Shown: piece by piece, positions 51,194 to 60,926 of the stretch
Position numbering within the stretch: position 1 is the first letter of the stretch
Layout: each line of letters opens with the position of its first letter
NCBI GenBank assembly: GCA_965223905.1
Contig: CBDCXV010000001.1
Coordinates: forward strand, 992,001-1,056,000
Length of the DNA: 64,000 nucleotides
Direction: 5' to 3'
DNA from: Candidatus Latescibacterota bacterium
GTDB lineage: Bacteria; Latescibacterota; UBA2968; UBA8231
Made by a program: the position numbers and the translations under genes
The notes under the pieces: generated by a model
Databases searched by the model: none
The model's input: only the letters and a program-made list of their open reading frames with translations
What the model was told of the DNA's origin: nothing

Positions 51194-51844
51194 GTGCTCA
51201 TCTCTCTGCTTCACTGCTCGAGGACCTGCTTCAAGGCTGCGACGGATTGCCGGGCTTTTTTTTCCCCGACTCCTCGAGCTCGCGGAGGTTTCTGCGAATA
51301 TCCTCGAGGCAATCGCGAATCTCGCGATCGAGCTCCTCGAGTCGGCGCCGGATCCAGTGTCGCGTCCCGGGAATTCCACATGCTTTCCGGCACCGATTCA
51401 TCCCGTGTTGCCGCGTTGCCTTCGCTCGCCGTACCTCGCCGTACTAGGCTGGTACGACGCCTTCGGGCTCCATGCGAGCCGCGAGTCCGGGGACCCGCAT
51501 TCCACGGGTCTTCCCAGGGGGGCGGCACGGGCAGGCATTCGCACAGGATTGAGGATTCGCTTTCATGTTCACGCTGGTGGGCTCGCTTTCGACCGGCAGA
51601 TGGTTTCCACCGTGAAACAGCGTTGACCCAGGCCGGGCAATGCAATCGGCATGCCTGACCGCGCTCCCCGGGGGAACACCGTGCAGGGATATAGTTGTAA
51701 CGACCTGTTTTACAGGGGGTTATGAAATATTATCGAGGATGCTTCGAGAGCGCGGCGACGCCCGGGGGAGTGGAACATTTTTCCGACCGGTTGCAGATCC
51801 TGCCGGGAAAAAGCTGCCGCCGGGACTTGCCTGGGAACTATTGG

Positions 51845-51867
51845 GGCCGCGTCGGGCCGACGCGGCC
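51845..51867. terminator. GC-rich hairpin just downstream of the ZIP gene
   Basis: GGCCGCGTCGG-G-CCGACGCGGCC palindrome about 12 nt after the ZIP stop; no clear U-tract. Confidence 0.35.
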
Positions 51868-51879
51868 GTACGGCGAGGT

Positions 51880-52728
51880 TCAGTGTCCTTCCCCGTGGAG
51901 GGCGCTGGATTCGATGAAAAACAGTGCGTAGGCGAGGCCGATTCCCACGAGGAGAGACAGGATGAGCTTGCCGCGGTCGTGGCTGTGGAAATGTATCTCC
52001 GGCAGAAGGTCGCTCAGGGCAATGCAGAGGAAGGCACCGGCGGCGAAGGCCAGGGCATAGCCGACTACCACCCCTCCCTCGGAACCGAGCAATCCCACAC
52101 CGAGGAAACTCGCCAGGCCCACCAGGGGGCAGAGCAGGGCAAACGCGAGATTGGCCGCGGTTCGCGCGCGCCGGCTGTGACCGGCGGACTTCATCATGCC
52201 GACAATGGAGTAGGCGTCGAGGGGCTTGTGCAGCACAATGGCGAGGAATACCCCGAGTGCCGGCAGCACGCCTTCGTCTTCATGCGGCGAGCTCACCTGC
52301 ATGCTGGTGCCGAGGGCGACTCCTTCGGTTACGGTGTGCACCCCGAGGCCGAGGGCGACCCCGATCAGACTCCGCGACTGTATGCCGGAATCGCCGTGGT
52401 CGTGATGGTCGTAAAGATCGCTCGCTTCGTGGCTGAAGTCGTGCTGGTGAAAGTGGAAGATACGCAGCAGGAAAATCATCAGTACCATGCCGAATACCAC
52501 CCATGCCACGGCTATTTCTACCGTGTCAGGCCCGGAAATGCGCTCGAGGCTGTGGGGTAGCAGGTGAAACATGGCGATGCCGAGGATGAAGCCGGCCACC
52601 AGACTCATCACGACTTGGGTGCGTGTGTGCGTCATGGCACCCAAGACCGCTAACTTCCCGCCGAGCAAGGAAGCGGCAAAGATAGCGGCTGAGTAGGCCG
52701 ACAAAACTAGTAGAGCGTTTGCATCCAT
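51880..52728 (-). CDS. ZIP family divalent metal transporter
   Basis: FHLLPH, His-rich loop HFHQHD..DHHDH, HTVTEGVALG, LHKPLD, LSDLLPEIHFHSHD. Confidence 0.9.
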   Translation of the reverse strand: MDANALLVLSAYSAAIFAASLLGGKLAVLGAMTHTRTQVVMSLVAGFILGIAMFHLLPHSLERISGPDTVEIAVAWVVFGMVLMIFLLRIFHFHQHDFSHEASDLYDHHDHGDSGIQSRSLIGVALGLGVHTVTEGVALGTSMQVSSPHEDEGVLPALGVFLAIVLHKPLDAYSIVGMMKSAGHSRRARTAANLAFALLCPLVGLASFLGVGLLGSEGGVVVGYALAFAAGAFLCIALSDLLPEIHFHSHDRGKLILSLLVGIGLAYALFFIESSALHGEGH

Positions 52729-52803
52729 GATGGCTATAACCGGAAACTAGCTGGGCAGCCGGCGATCGCGGTGTCTGCTGGGGTCAATTTCTTCTTGTAT
52801 AGC

Positions 52804-52837
52804 GCGACCTTATCTGAGGTATTATACAAAAGGTCGC
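52804..52837 (-). promoter_or_regulatory. -10 box of the ZIP promoter bracketed by an inverted repeat (candidate operator)
   Basis: GCGACCTT-N18-AAGGTCGC enclosing TATAAT on the minus strand (52826-52821). Confidence 0.45.
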
Positions 52838-52924
52838 TATCGAGCTCAGTCTTGGCCACCACTGCGGGCACACCCTGACGGGACGCGGTGCCACCAGACA
52901 GGGTGTCATTCATTTGTAATCTCC

Positions 52925-54302
52925 CTGGACTCTTGCAAAACGCTCAATTATAGGGTGATTGTCGGATGGCTGAGGTAGCACGAACCCGATCGAATCTTGG
53001 TATTTTGGTAGAAACGAAGGCATCCCCCGCCTTCGTCTCCCCTGGCCATGAGAGAGGTCGTTCATGCCAGGCATTGTTGCATTTCCCACCGTGGTCGAGG
53101 AGGCGCTGAAGGAGTTTGGCGGGCTGTTTGCCAACGCCCCGGAGCGCCGGCATTTTGGCGAATACCTGACCGGGCTTCTGGTGGCGGCGCGCAAAAACGT
53201 ATCGGCGATCAACGCCGAGTTTGTCGACACCACGGACCAGTCCTGCCTGGATCGCTGGATTACGCAGGTGCCTTGGGATGAAAAGCAGCTCAACGAACAT
53301 CGGTTGGACTGGTTGCAGAGCACCCCTCGACGCGCTATTCGGCGCGCGGGGTGATCGCCATCGACACCTTGGTCGGACACAGCGGAGAGAAGATCGAGGA
53401 TGCGGGTTGGTTTTGGGATCACTCCGACAAGCGCCATATGATTGCCCACGACTACGTGATCGCCAACTACGTGTGTACGTCAGGGAAACACTATCCGTTG
53501 GAGTTCCGTCGCTTTCGCAAGCGCTAAGAGGGCGAGACGGCCACGTTTTTCAAGAGCCATACCGAGCTGTTCAAAGAGCTGGTGGATTGGGTCGTGTGCC
53601 GACAGATCCCGGGCGATTTCGCCTTTGACTGCTACTTCAGCAGTGTCGACAGTCTTGATCATATCCACCGTCATGGGCGCGGCTACGTAGGGGTCCTGAA
53701 GAGCAACCGCAAGGTCACGTTCCAGGGCCGCGTGATGACGACCGCGCAAGTGGCTGCGAATATCCCACCCGAGGATCGCAAACGGGTCTGCATCGGCGAG
53801 CGCAAACAATGGTATTTCACCCGCACCCTGCGTCTGCCCAAGCTCGAGCACCGGGTTCGCTTGGTGATTCTGTGGGATCGAAAGAACGGCAAGGAAGCGG
53901 TCGAGTTTCTACTCACCAATCGGGTGCACTGGGAGATCAGTCGTATACTGAACGTGTATCGCAACGCTGGACAGGCATCGAGACCTTTCATCGGGACAGC
54001 AAGCACTATCTGGGCATGGGAGACTGTCAGTTACGCAGCGGCGAGGGCCAGGCCCGGCATATGCACCTCGTGATGCTGACGCACAGTCTGCTGACGGCAC
54101 AGATGCGGCAGGGCCGTGCGCGTGACTGGGCTCATACCGTGCTGACGACCATCGGCGAAGCCTGTCGAGCCGTGGCGCGAGAAACGCTCAGTAAAACCAA
54201 CTCCTGGGCAGTCGACCAAGCCACAACAGTAGGGTGGACTGAGCAGAGAATTGTCGCCTATATGAAACTCGGGTAAAAAAAGTGGAGTTTGCAAAAGTCC
54301 AG
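52925..54302 (+). mobile_element. IS701-family insertion sequence (degenerate transposase), 1378 bp
   Basis: TIRs CTGGACTCTTGCAAAAC / GTTTGCAAAAGTCCAG; 6-bp target duplication ATCTCC at 52919-52924 and 54303-54308. Confidence 0.85.
53064..54276 (+). pseudogene. IS701-family DDE transposase, disrupted
   Basis: Pieces in different frames: HFGEYLTGL, VIAID, FDCYF, LKSNR, RWTGIETFHRD.K..LG; frameshifts near 53325 and 53960 and an in-frame TAA at 53525. Confidence 0.82.
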
Positions 54303-54336
54303 ATCTCCCACGGCATCTTACAGGAGGGCAAGCGGT

Positions 54337-55172
54337 ATGCACATGCACGCAGAACCCAATGAAAAAATGAGACTCCGGGAAGCTACGGCCATTATCACTG
54401 CCGGTGGCGTCACAAACGGCATACTGGGAGTCGTAAAAATCGGCCTCGGCAGCTTTACCGGCTACCTTCCACTGACGGCTTCAGGGATCCACTCGCTGTC
54501 GGACATTGTATCCGATGTCGTCGCTTGGGTCGCCGTGCGGATGGGATCGCACTCTGAGAAACAGGGGGAGGATATACGGTTCCACTACGGCCGCCGTCGC
54601 ATCGAAACCCTGCTGGCGTTTTTTGCTGCGTTCCTCCTCGCGTATGTTCTTTCTCGTCGGTGGGGTGATTATCATTTCAGTGATTGCTAAGGAAACACTC
54701 TTCCGCGTGACTCGGCGCAAGGGCATACGCCTGAACAGCCCCATGCTGATTGCGAAAGCATGGCATCATCGGGCCGATTCCATCAGCGCCTTGGCCGTCC
54801 TACTGAGCATTTTCATTTTCTCCTGTTTTCCCGCCCTCGCGTTGATTAATCCGGTCACCACGGTCGTGATCGCGGGCCTGATCCTGCACAGTGCTTGGGA
54901 AGTTGGGAGCAACGCGGTCAAAGAGCTGATAGATTTCGCGCCTTCGCTAGAGACGATAGCCCTAATCGAGGAGATGGCAGAAGAGGTACAAGGGGTGACG
55001 TTTACTCACAACCGCGGAAACCGACCCAGAGCTCACGGTAGCAGAAGGGTTCGCCGTCGTTAAGCAGATCCGCGAGAAGATAATGGATAAAGTGCCCAAT
55101 GTGATCGACGTCGCCACCCTGCTGACGCCGAAAGGCGAGTACATACGGCAGTTTATGGGGTCGGAAACGTAA
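54337..55172 (+). pseudogene. Cation diffusion facilitator (FieF-like) pseudogene
   Basis: AGGAGG RBS; GIHSLSD, FHYGRRRIET, AWHHRADSIS, KELID, DPELTVAEG spread over three frames with apparent internal deletions near 54645 and 55015. Confidence 0.82.
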
Positions 55173-55648
55173 ATTATTGGTGTGGTGGGAAGATGACGCC
55201 CCGCAAGAAACGACTGCGGATCAGGTATTCCCACACCTATCGCCCGTGCTGGATCGGAAACGCATATTGAGCAGCATATCCTCGTAGCCGCTGCGCAGGG
55301 CACCGGCCCGGAAGCGCCAAACGATCAGGGCAATGAGGAGCAAGGCGCTTCCCCATTGCAGAAGTTGGATGGCCGGCGAATGGGAGGCGTCGAGGTAGGT
55401 TCACGGAGATCGTCAGACCAGCGGCCAGCAGTAGCGCGTCGATCGCGATGCCGAGGACGACCGTAACCGCGATGACTGCGGCGACGTAGATGGATGCGAA
55501 GCGGGTGCCGAACTGGCTGACGATGATTGCGATGGTGCCCGTGTTGGTGGCCGGTCCGGTCATGAGGAAAATCAACGCCGTGCCGGGGCTGACTCCCTTG
55601 GCCACTAGCGCGGCCGCGATCGGGGTACTGGCGGAAGCGCAGAATAGA

Positions 55649-57197
55649 CCCTAACGTTGCATAAATCTGTTTGAAGCGGTGGTTGTGATCAGGCGGCTTC
55701 CTTCAGGATTTCGAGGAAATGCAACAGATCTTTCTCGACTTTTGGATTGGAGTTCAGGGTCAGGGTCAACTCGCCCTTGGGCTGAGTGAGGCGCCCGGCG
55801 CGTTGAATGAAGCGATGACGCAGCGTGTCCAAGGTTTGGAAGGTCCACGCCGCCGGCCGTTTGGCGCGCGAATAGTTCGATCGCGGCTGCGCCAGCATCT
55901 GCATTTCGCGTCCCAGATTGTGGGCCATCATCGCACACAAAGTAACCATCTGGTTGCCGAGCAACCGTCGGGTGGGGATCAGATCCAGCCCGGCCTGTTG
56001 CTTGGCCTCGGCGAAGATCCCTTCCTGGGCGCCGCGGCCATAGTGGAAGAGGAGCACGCTGCGTGGCGAGTTCATCTTGTTGGTAACCACAACGCGGTAC
56101 TCGTGATCGATGTGCCGGGGTTCGAACAGATCCAGTTGCAGCGCTTGCTTGGTCTGACGCGGCACCGCACGGCGCACAAACAGAAACCGGTAGCAGGCCG
56201 GCCAGCTTTCCGGTTTCCAGTCACTCTCGAAATAGGAGCAGTGCTCATCGAGGTAGCGCCAGCGCTGGCGCGCTTCGATCTGGTCCTTGAGTACGGGAAA
56301 GCGTTCGAAAGGGACACTGATCGTGCATCCGACGCCATACAGGTCCATGAGAGTGAGCGTGTTTTGGCTGAAGAAGGCGCTGTCCAGTCGCGACTCGAGC
56401 ACGGTGGGCGCCAAGGCGTCGCGCACGCGATCGAAGGCGTCCATCATGAACGCATGGGCGTCCTTGCTGTCATGGACGTTGCCGGGCCGGTGAAGGACAT
56501 CCAGAAACTGTCCGGTTTGCGCCACCGTGCAGAACAGGTTGTAGTAGCTGCGCGCCCCCTTCTTTTTCGGATTATAGCCAACGGCGGTCCCTTCGGCATG
56601 ACCACAGGTGGAGATCACCGAGCCGTCGAAGTCGAGAGTCAGACGGGGGAAGCGCTCACGCTGGAGCGCTTGCATGACCAGGGTCGAAGACAGGTGTCGC
56701 ACTTTTGCGATACTTGAATGGCCCATTTTTGCCAGCGCGCGACTGAGGGTGGCCACATCCGGCAGGCGACGTAAGCCCAACAAACGCAGGACCACCGGAT
56801 CGTCCCGGTAATAGTCCACGTCCCGCAGCCGCCGGAAGCCCAGCAACAGATGCACGATGAGCAACAACACAATGACATGGGGAGCAAAGGTCGCTGCGCT
56901 TTTGGCGGGGAAGCAGGACTTCAGTCGAGTCTTTAGATCCAAGCGCCGAAAGAGCAGTTGAAAAACGATCACTCCCGCAAAGGAAGTAAGCCGTTGATCT
57001 TCGAAGCGAAGACGCGGGAGCTTGTGAAAACGGGCCAAAATGTCTTGTTTTCTGAACCTCACTTGCGGTGTCCTCCTGGAAGGGGTCGATACAGGTCATG
57101 GGTGACCGTATCAAATACCCCCTTTTTCAGAGGGCGCCGCAAGTGACAAGGTGCACTCCGGAGAAGAAAAAAGCCCTGTTTTTATGCAACCAGAGGG
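55649..57197 (-). mobile_element. IS1380-family insertion sequence, 1549 bp
   Basis: TIRs CCCTAACGTTGCATAAA / TTTATGCAACCAGAGGG; 4-bp target duplication TAGA at 55645-55648 and 57198-57201. Confidence 0.88.
55689..57062 (-). CDS. IS1380-family transposase (intact ORF)
   Basis: LTSFAG, PDVATLSR, TLDFDGSV, GYNPKKKG..SY, HRPGNVH, RLDSAF, YGRGAQE..FAEAK, TLRHRFIQRAGRL. Confidence 0.92.
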   Translation of the reverse strand: MRFRKQDILARFHKLPRLRFEDQRLTSFAGVIVFQLLFRRLDLKTRLKSCFPAKSAATFAPHVIVLLLIVHLLLGFRRLRDVDYYRDDPVVLRLLGLRRLPDVATLSRALAKMGHSSIAKVRHLSSTLVMQALQRERFPRLTLDFDGSVISTCGHAEGTAVGYNPKKKGARSYYNLFCTVAQTGQFLDVLHRPGNVHDSKDAHAFMMDAFDRVRDALAPTVLESRLDSAFFSQNTLTLMDLYGVGCTISVPFERFPVLKDQIEARQRWRYLDEHCSYFESDWKPESWPACYRFLFVRRAVPRQTKQALQLDLFEPRHIDHEYRVVVTNKMNSPRSVLLFHYGRGAQEGIFAEAKQQAGLDLIPTRRLLGNQMVTLCAMMAHNLGREMQMLAQPRSNYSRAKRPAAWTFQTLDTLRHRFIQRAGRLTQPKGELTLTLNSNPKVEKDLLHFLEILKEAA

Positions 57198-57763
57198 TAG
57201 AGGGGAATGCCGATCAGCACCATGACCGGATAGGACAGCCAGCGGGCATACTCGTTCGCCATCAGGTCGCTCGGAAGCGCCAGAAAGAGCACGCCGCCTA
57301 GAGCGACCCCCACCAGTAGTGCAAAGAGCATGTCGTCCGCTATCTCAATGAAGCCATAGAGAAAGACGTGCCTGACCAGCTTCTTGAAGTCCAAATCCCG
57401 ATCGTCGGTGGGTGCGTCGCCCGAAGAAGACCTGCCAGCAATTCCCTTCAACCAGTTGACCAATAACACCTTTAGTTGCGCGGGACTGACGTAGCAATCA
57501 TCCCTGTCGGCTATGAGGGCTTGGTGCGAGCCATGATCGTGGTCGCAGTCGTGGCAGTGGTCGTGGTCGCTCGCCTTGGCTTCGTCGCGGTCGTCTTTTA
57601 TGAGGCCAATGCAAAAGATCCCGGCGACGACTGCGGTGATGAAGCTGATGACGGGCCGGACAATGGCAACGACGAAGCCGAAGAAGGCATTGGTGACTAA
57701 AATTGAGTCCGCGCCTGTCTCCGGCGCGGTTATGCGGAAATTTTGGTCGAGACGCCTGATTAG

Positions 57764-60700
57764 TTAGAAGGCCACTTCTTCCCGTTCCGCCAAAAGCTCT
57801 TCCGCCTCTCCGCGATTCAGTTGCACGGCAAACCACTTGTAGAGCGCCGGCAGCACTAGCAAGGTCAACACAGTCGAACTGACCAAGCCCCCGACGACTA
57901 CCGTAGCTAGCGGTCGTTGTACTTCGCTGCCGGTGCCGCTCGAGAACAACAGCGGAAGCAGGCCGAGGGCGGTCGTCAGGGCGGTCATCAGCACCGGCCG
58001 CACCCGCAGACATGCACCCTGGATCGAGGCCTCGTCCAGGTCGACGCCGTCGCGGACCAGCTGGTTGAAGTAGGTCACCATCACCATGCTGTTTTCCAGG
58101 GCGATTCCGAACAGGGCGATGAAACCGACCGATGAGGGCACCGACAGGTTCTGTCCGGTCAACCACAGGGCCACCACCCCGCCGACCAGGGCCAGGGGGA
58201 TGTTGAGCAGGATGAGAATCGCGTTCTTCAGCGAATTGAAGCTGGAAAACAGGAGCAGGAAAATCACGAAGAGAGTGATGGGCACGACGATGGCCAGGCG
58301 CTTGTTGGCCTCCTGCTGCAGTCGGAACTGGCCGCCCCAGGTCACGAGGTAGCCCGGGGGCAGCGCCACCCGGTCTTCTAACGCGCCCTGGGCCTCCTCG
58401 ACGAAAGAGCCGATATCCCGGTCGGTGACGTTGCACTGAACCGTGATGAAGCGCTGGCTCTTTTCCCGGGTTATCTGGCGCGGCCCCACTACCTCTTCGA
58501 TCCGGGCCAGCTGAACCAGGGGGATCCGGACGCCCATTGGGGACTGGACCAGGATCTGGGCGATGGCCTCGGGACTGCTGCGGAATTGCGGGGCGAAGCG
58601 CACCAGGATGTCGAAGCGGCGAATCCCTTCGAACACCTGTCCTACCATCTCTCCGCCGACGGCCGCCCGAACCACCTTCTGCACGTCGGCGACGTTGACG
58701 CCGTATCGGGCGATGGCCTGGCGGTCGACGCGGATGAGCAGCTGGGGGGTGCCGCTGATCTGGTCGACCTGGACATCGGCCGCCCCCGTGACCGTGTCGA
58801 CCACCTGGGCGATTTCGTTCGCCTTCTGTTTCAGCACCTCGAGATCGTCCCCGAAGAGCTTGATGGCCAGCTCTGCCCGCACCCCTTCGAGCAACTCGTC
58901 CACGGTCATGGCGATCGGCTGGGTGAAGTTCGTCAGCACACCGGGAATCTCCCCCAGCTCGGCGCGAATGGTCTCCTGCAGCTCTTCCTGGTTTCGAGCC
59001 TCGCGCCACTGGTCCCTTGGCTTGAGCAGGAGAAACATCTCGGCGCTGTTGATGGGGTCGGTGTGGGCCCCGACCTCGCCGCGGCCGATGCGGGAAACCG
59101 CGCCGGAGATCTCGGGGATTTTCAGCAGGCGGCGCTCGACCAGCAGGGTGATGCGGGTGCTCTCCTCGAGCGAGATGGAGGGGGCCATGGTCAGCCTGAG
59201 GACCATGGTTCCCTCCTGCAGCGCCGGAGTGAACTCCGACCCCAGGCGCGGGAAGATCGCCAGCCCGACAAGGAGAAGGATGCCTGCCGACCCCAGGGCC
59301 CAGAAGCGGTGGGCGACGAAACGAGCGACCATGGGTCGATAGGAGGCCACGAGGTGGCGCATCATCCAGCCTTCGCCGGCTGGTGCGCCCTCGCCCCTGG
59401 ATTTGGGTGAGCGCAGCAACAGGTTCGACAACACCGGGGCGAGGAAGAGGGCGAAGACCAGAGAGCCCAGCATCGCCATGGCCACGGTGTAAGCCAGGGG
59501 CCGGAAGGTCTTCCCCTCCACCCCCTGGAGGGTGAACAGGGGCAGGAAGACGAGAATGATGATGAGGATGGCGAAGACGATGGGACGGCCGACTTCCACG
59601 CAGGCGCGGGCAACAGCCTGGATGCGTCCCTCGTCCGCTTCGCCCTGCCGCAGGATGCGGTCGACGTTCTCGACCACGACGATGGTGCCGTCGACCATCA
59701 TGCCGATGGCGATGGCCAGGCCGCCGAGGGACATGAGGTTGGCCGAGATGCCGAAACAGTGCATGCCGAGGGTGGCGAACAGGACGGAGAAGGGAATGGA
59801 GAGGGCCACCACCAGACTTGGCCTGGCGCTGCCCATGAACAGGATCAACACCAGCGTGACCAGGACGATGCCCTGAATCAGGGCGTTGGTGACCGTGGCC
59901 ACGCAGGCCGCCACCAGGGTCTTCTGCTCGTAGTAGGGAACGAGGCGCACCCCGTCGGGCAGAATGCGGTTGATCTCTTCCATCTTCGCTTCGACCCGCT
60001 CGATCACGGTCGAGGAATTGGTGCCGAAGAGCTTTATCACCATGCCGGCAACCACTTCTTCCACGCCGTTGCGGGTCTGCACGCCGCGCCGGATCGCCCC
60101 GCCGATGCCCACCTCGGCAACCTGGTCGAGGAAGATGGGCGTCCCGTCGGCGGCCTTGATGACGATGTTCTCGATGTCGGCGACCGTGGAGGCCAGGCCC
60201 ACCGAGCGCACGACGTATTCCTCGGCGTCCTTCTCTATGAACTGGGCGCCGACGTTGAGGTTGTTGGCTTCGATCTGCTCGATGACGTCGTGCAGGGTCA
60301 CCCCGTATCGCAACAGGGCGTGGGGATCGACCACTACGTGAAACTGTTTCTTGTGGCCGCCGATGCCGAGGACCTCGGTGACTCCCGGAACGGTCTGCAG
60401 GTGGAACTTGACCAGCCAGTCCTGGATCGTGCGCAGCTCTTCGAGCGAGTGCTCCCCCGTCGTGTCTTCGAGGTAGTAGAAGAGCACCAGCCCCATGCCG
60501 GTCGAGATCGGCCCCAGCGCCGGTTCGCCGAACCCTTCCGGGATCTGTTCCCGGGCTTCCTGGAGCCGTTCGTTGACCAGCTGGCGGGCGAAGTAGATAT
60601 CCATTCCGTCTTCGAAGTAGATGTTGACGACAGAGAGGCCGAAGTTTGAAACCGAACGGATATTCTCGATGCCGGGGAGGCCGTTCATCACCGTCTCGAT

Positions 60701-60904
60701 GGGATAGGTGACGTAGGTTTCGATCTCTTCCGGGGCCAGGCCCTCGGTGAGGGTGAATACCTGCACGAGGTTGGGGGAGACGTCGGGAAAGGCATCGACA
60801 GGAAGCTGCCGGTAGCTGTAATAACCGCTCCCCACCACCACCGCTCCCAGGACCAGCATGAGCAGCCGGTTGCGCAGCGACAGCTGAATGATGCGGTCTA
60901 CCAT
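57764..60904 (-). CDS. czcA: CzcA/CusA-family heavy-metal efflux RND permease
   Basis: LPVDAFPDVS, PEEIETYVTYPIE, SANLMSLGGLAIAIGMMVDGTIVVVEN, GVEGKTFRPLA, RVRPVLMTA, GSEVQRPLATVVVGGL. Confidence 0.93.
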   Translation of the reverse strand: MVDRIIQLSLRNRLLMLVLGAVVVGSGYYSYRQLPVDAFPDVSPNLVQVFTLTEGLAPEEIETYVTYPIETVMNGLPGIENIRSVSNFGLSVVNIYFEDGMDIYFARQLVNERLQEAREQIPEGFGEPALGPISTGMGLVLFYYLEDTTGEHSLEELRTIQDWLVKFHLQTVPGVTEVLGIGGHKKQFHVVVDPHALLRYGVTLHDVIEQIEANNLNVGAQFIEKDAEEYVVRSVGLASTVADIENIVIKAADGTPIFLDQVAEVGIGGAIRRGVQTRNGVEEVVAGMVIKLFGTNSSTVIERVEAKMEEINRILPDGVRLVPYYEQKTLVAACVATVTNALIQGIVLVTLVLILFMGSARPSLVVALSIPFSVLFATLGMHCFGISANLMSLGGLAIAIGMMVDGTIVVVENVDRILRQGEADEGRIQAVARACVEVGRPIVFAILIIILVFLPLFTLQGVEGKTFRPLAYTVAMAMLGSLVFALFLAPVLSNLLLRSPKSRGEGAPAGEGWMMRHLVASYRPMVARFVAHRFWALGSAGILLLVGLAIFPRLGSEFTPALQEGTMVLRLTMAPSISLEESTRITLLVERRLLKIPEISGAVSRIGRGEVGAHTDPINSAEMFLLLKPRDQWREARNQEELQETIRAELGEIPGVLTNFTQPIAMTVDELLEGVRAELAIKLFGDDLEVLKQKANEIAQVVDTVTGAADVQVDQISGTPQLLIRVDRQAIARYGVNVADVQKVVRAAVGGEMVGQVFEGIRRFDILVRFAPQFRSSPEAIAQILVQSPMGVRIPLVQLARIEEVVGPRQITREKSQRFITVQCNVTDRDIGSFVEEAQGALEDRVALPPGYLVTWGGQFRLQQEANKRLAIVVPITLFVIFLLLFSSFNSLKNAILILLNIPLALVGGVVALWLTGQNLSVPSSVGFIALFGIALENSMVMVTYFNQLVRDGVDLDEASIQGACLRVRPVLMTALTTALGLLPLLFSSGTGSEVQRPLATVVVGGLVSSTVLTLLVLPALYKWFAVQLNRGEAEELLAEREEVAF

Positions 60905-60926
60905 CGGCCTGCCCTTCCTCCGCCAA

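Larger units (their letters stand above)
55221..57735 (-). pseudogene. DUF318/SO_0444-type metal permease, 5'-truncated, frameshifted and split by IS1380
   Basis: APETGADSI, His/Cys loop DHDHCHDCDHDH, GIPLY | IS | CASASTPIAAALVAKGVSPGTALIFLMTGPATN; further frameshift near 55395. Confidence 0.82.

Noticed and set aside
57198-57766. The permease remnant is in frame with czcA beyond its TAA, hinting at read-through or fusion
   Set aside because: One-in-three chance coincidence; TAA is an efficient stop, CzcA is full length, and the permease is truncated and IS-disrupted.
57498-60926. 1142-aa ORF overlapping czcA, plus many long antisense ORFs (e.g. 21806..23626, 17562..19403)
   Set aside because: Shadow ORFs expected at high GC; no recognisable motifs and fully overlapped by well-supported genes.
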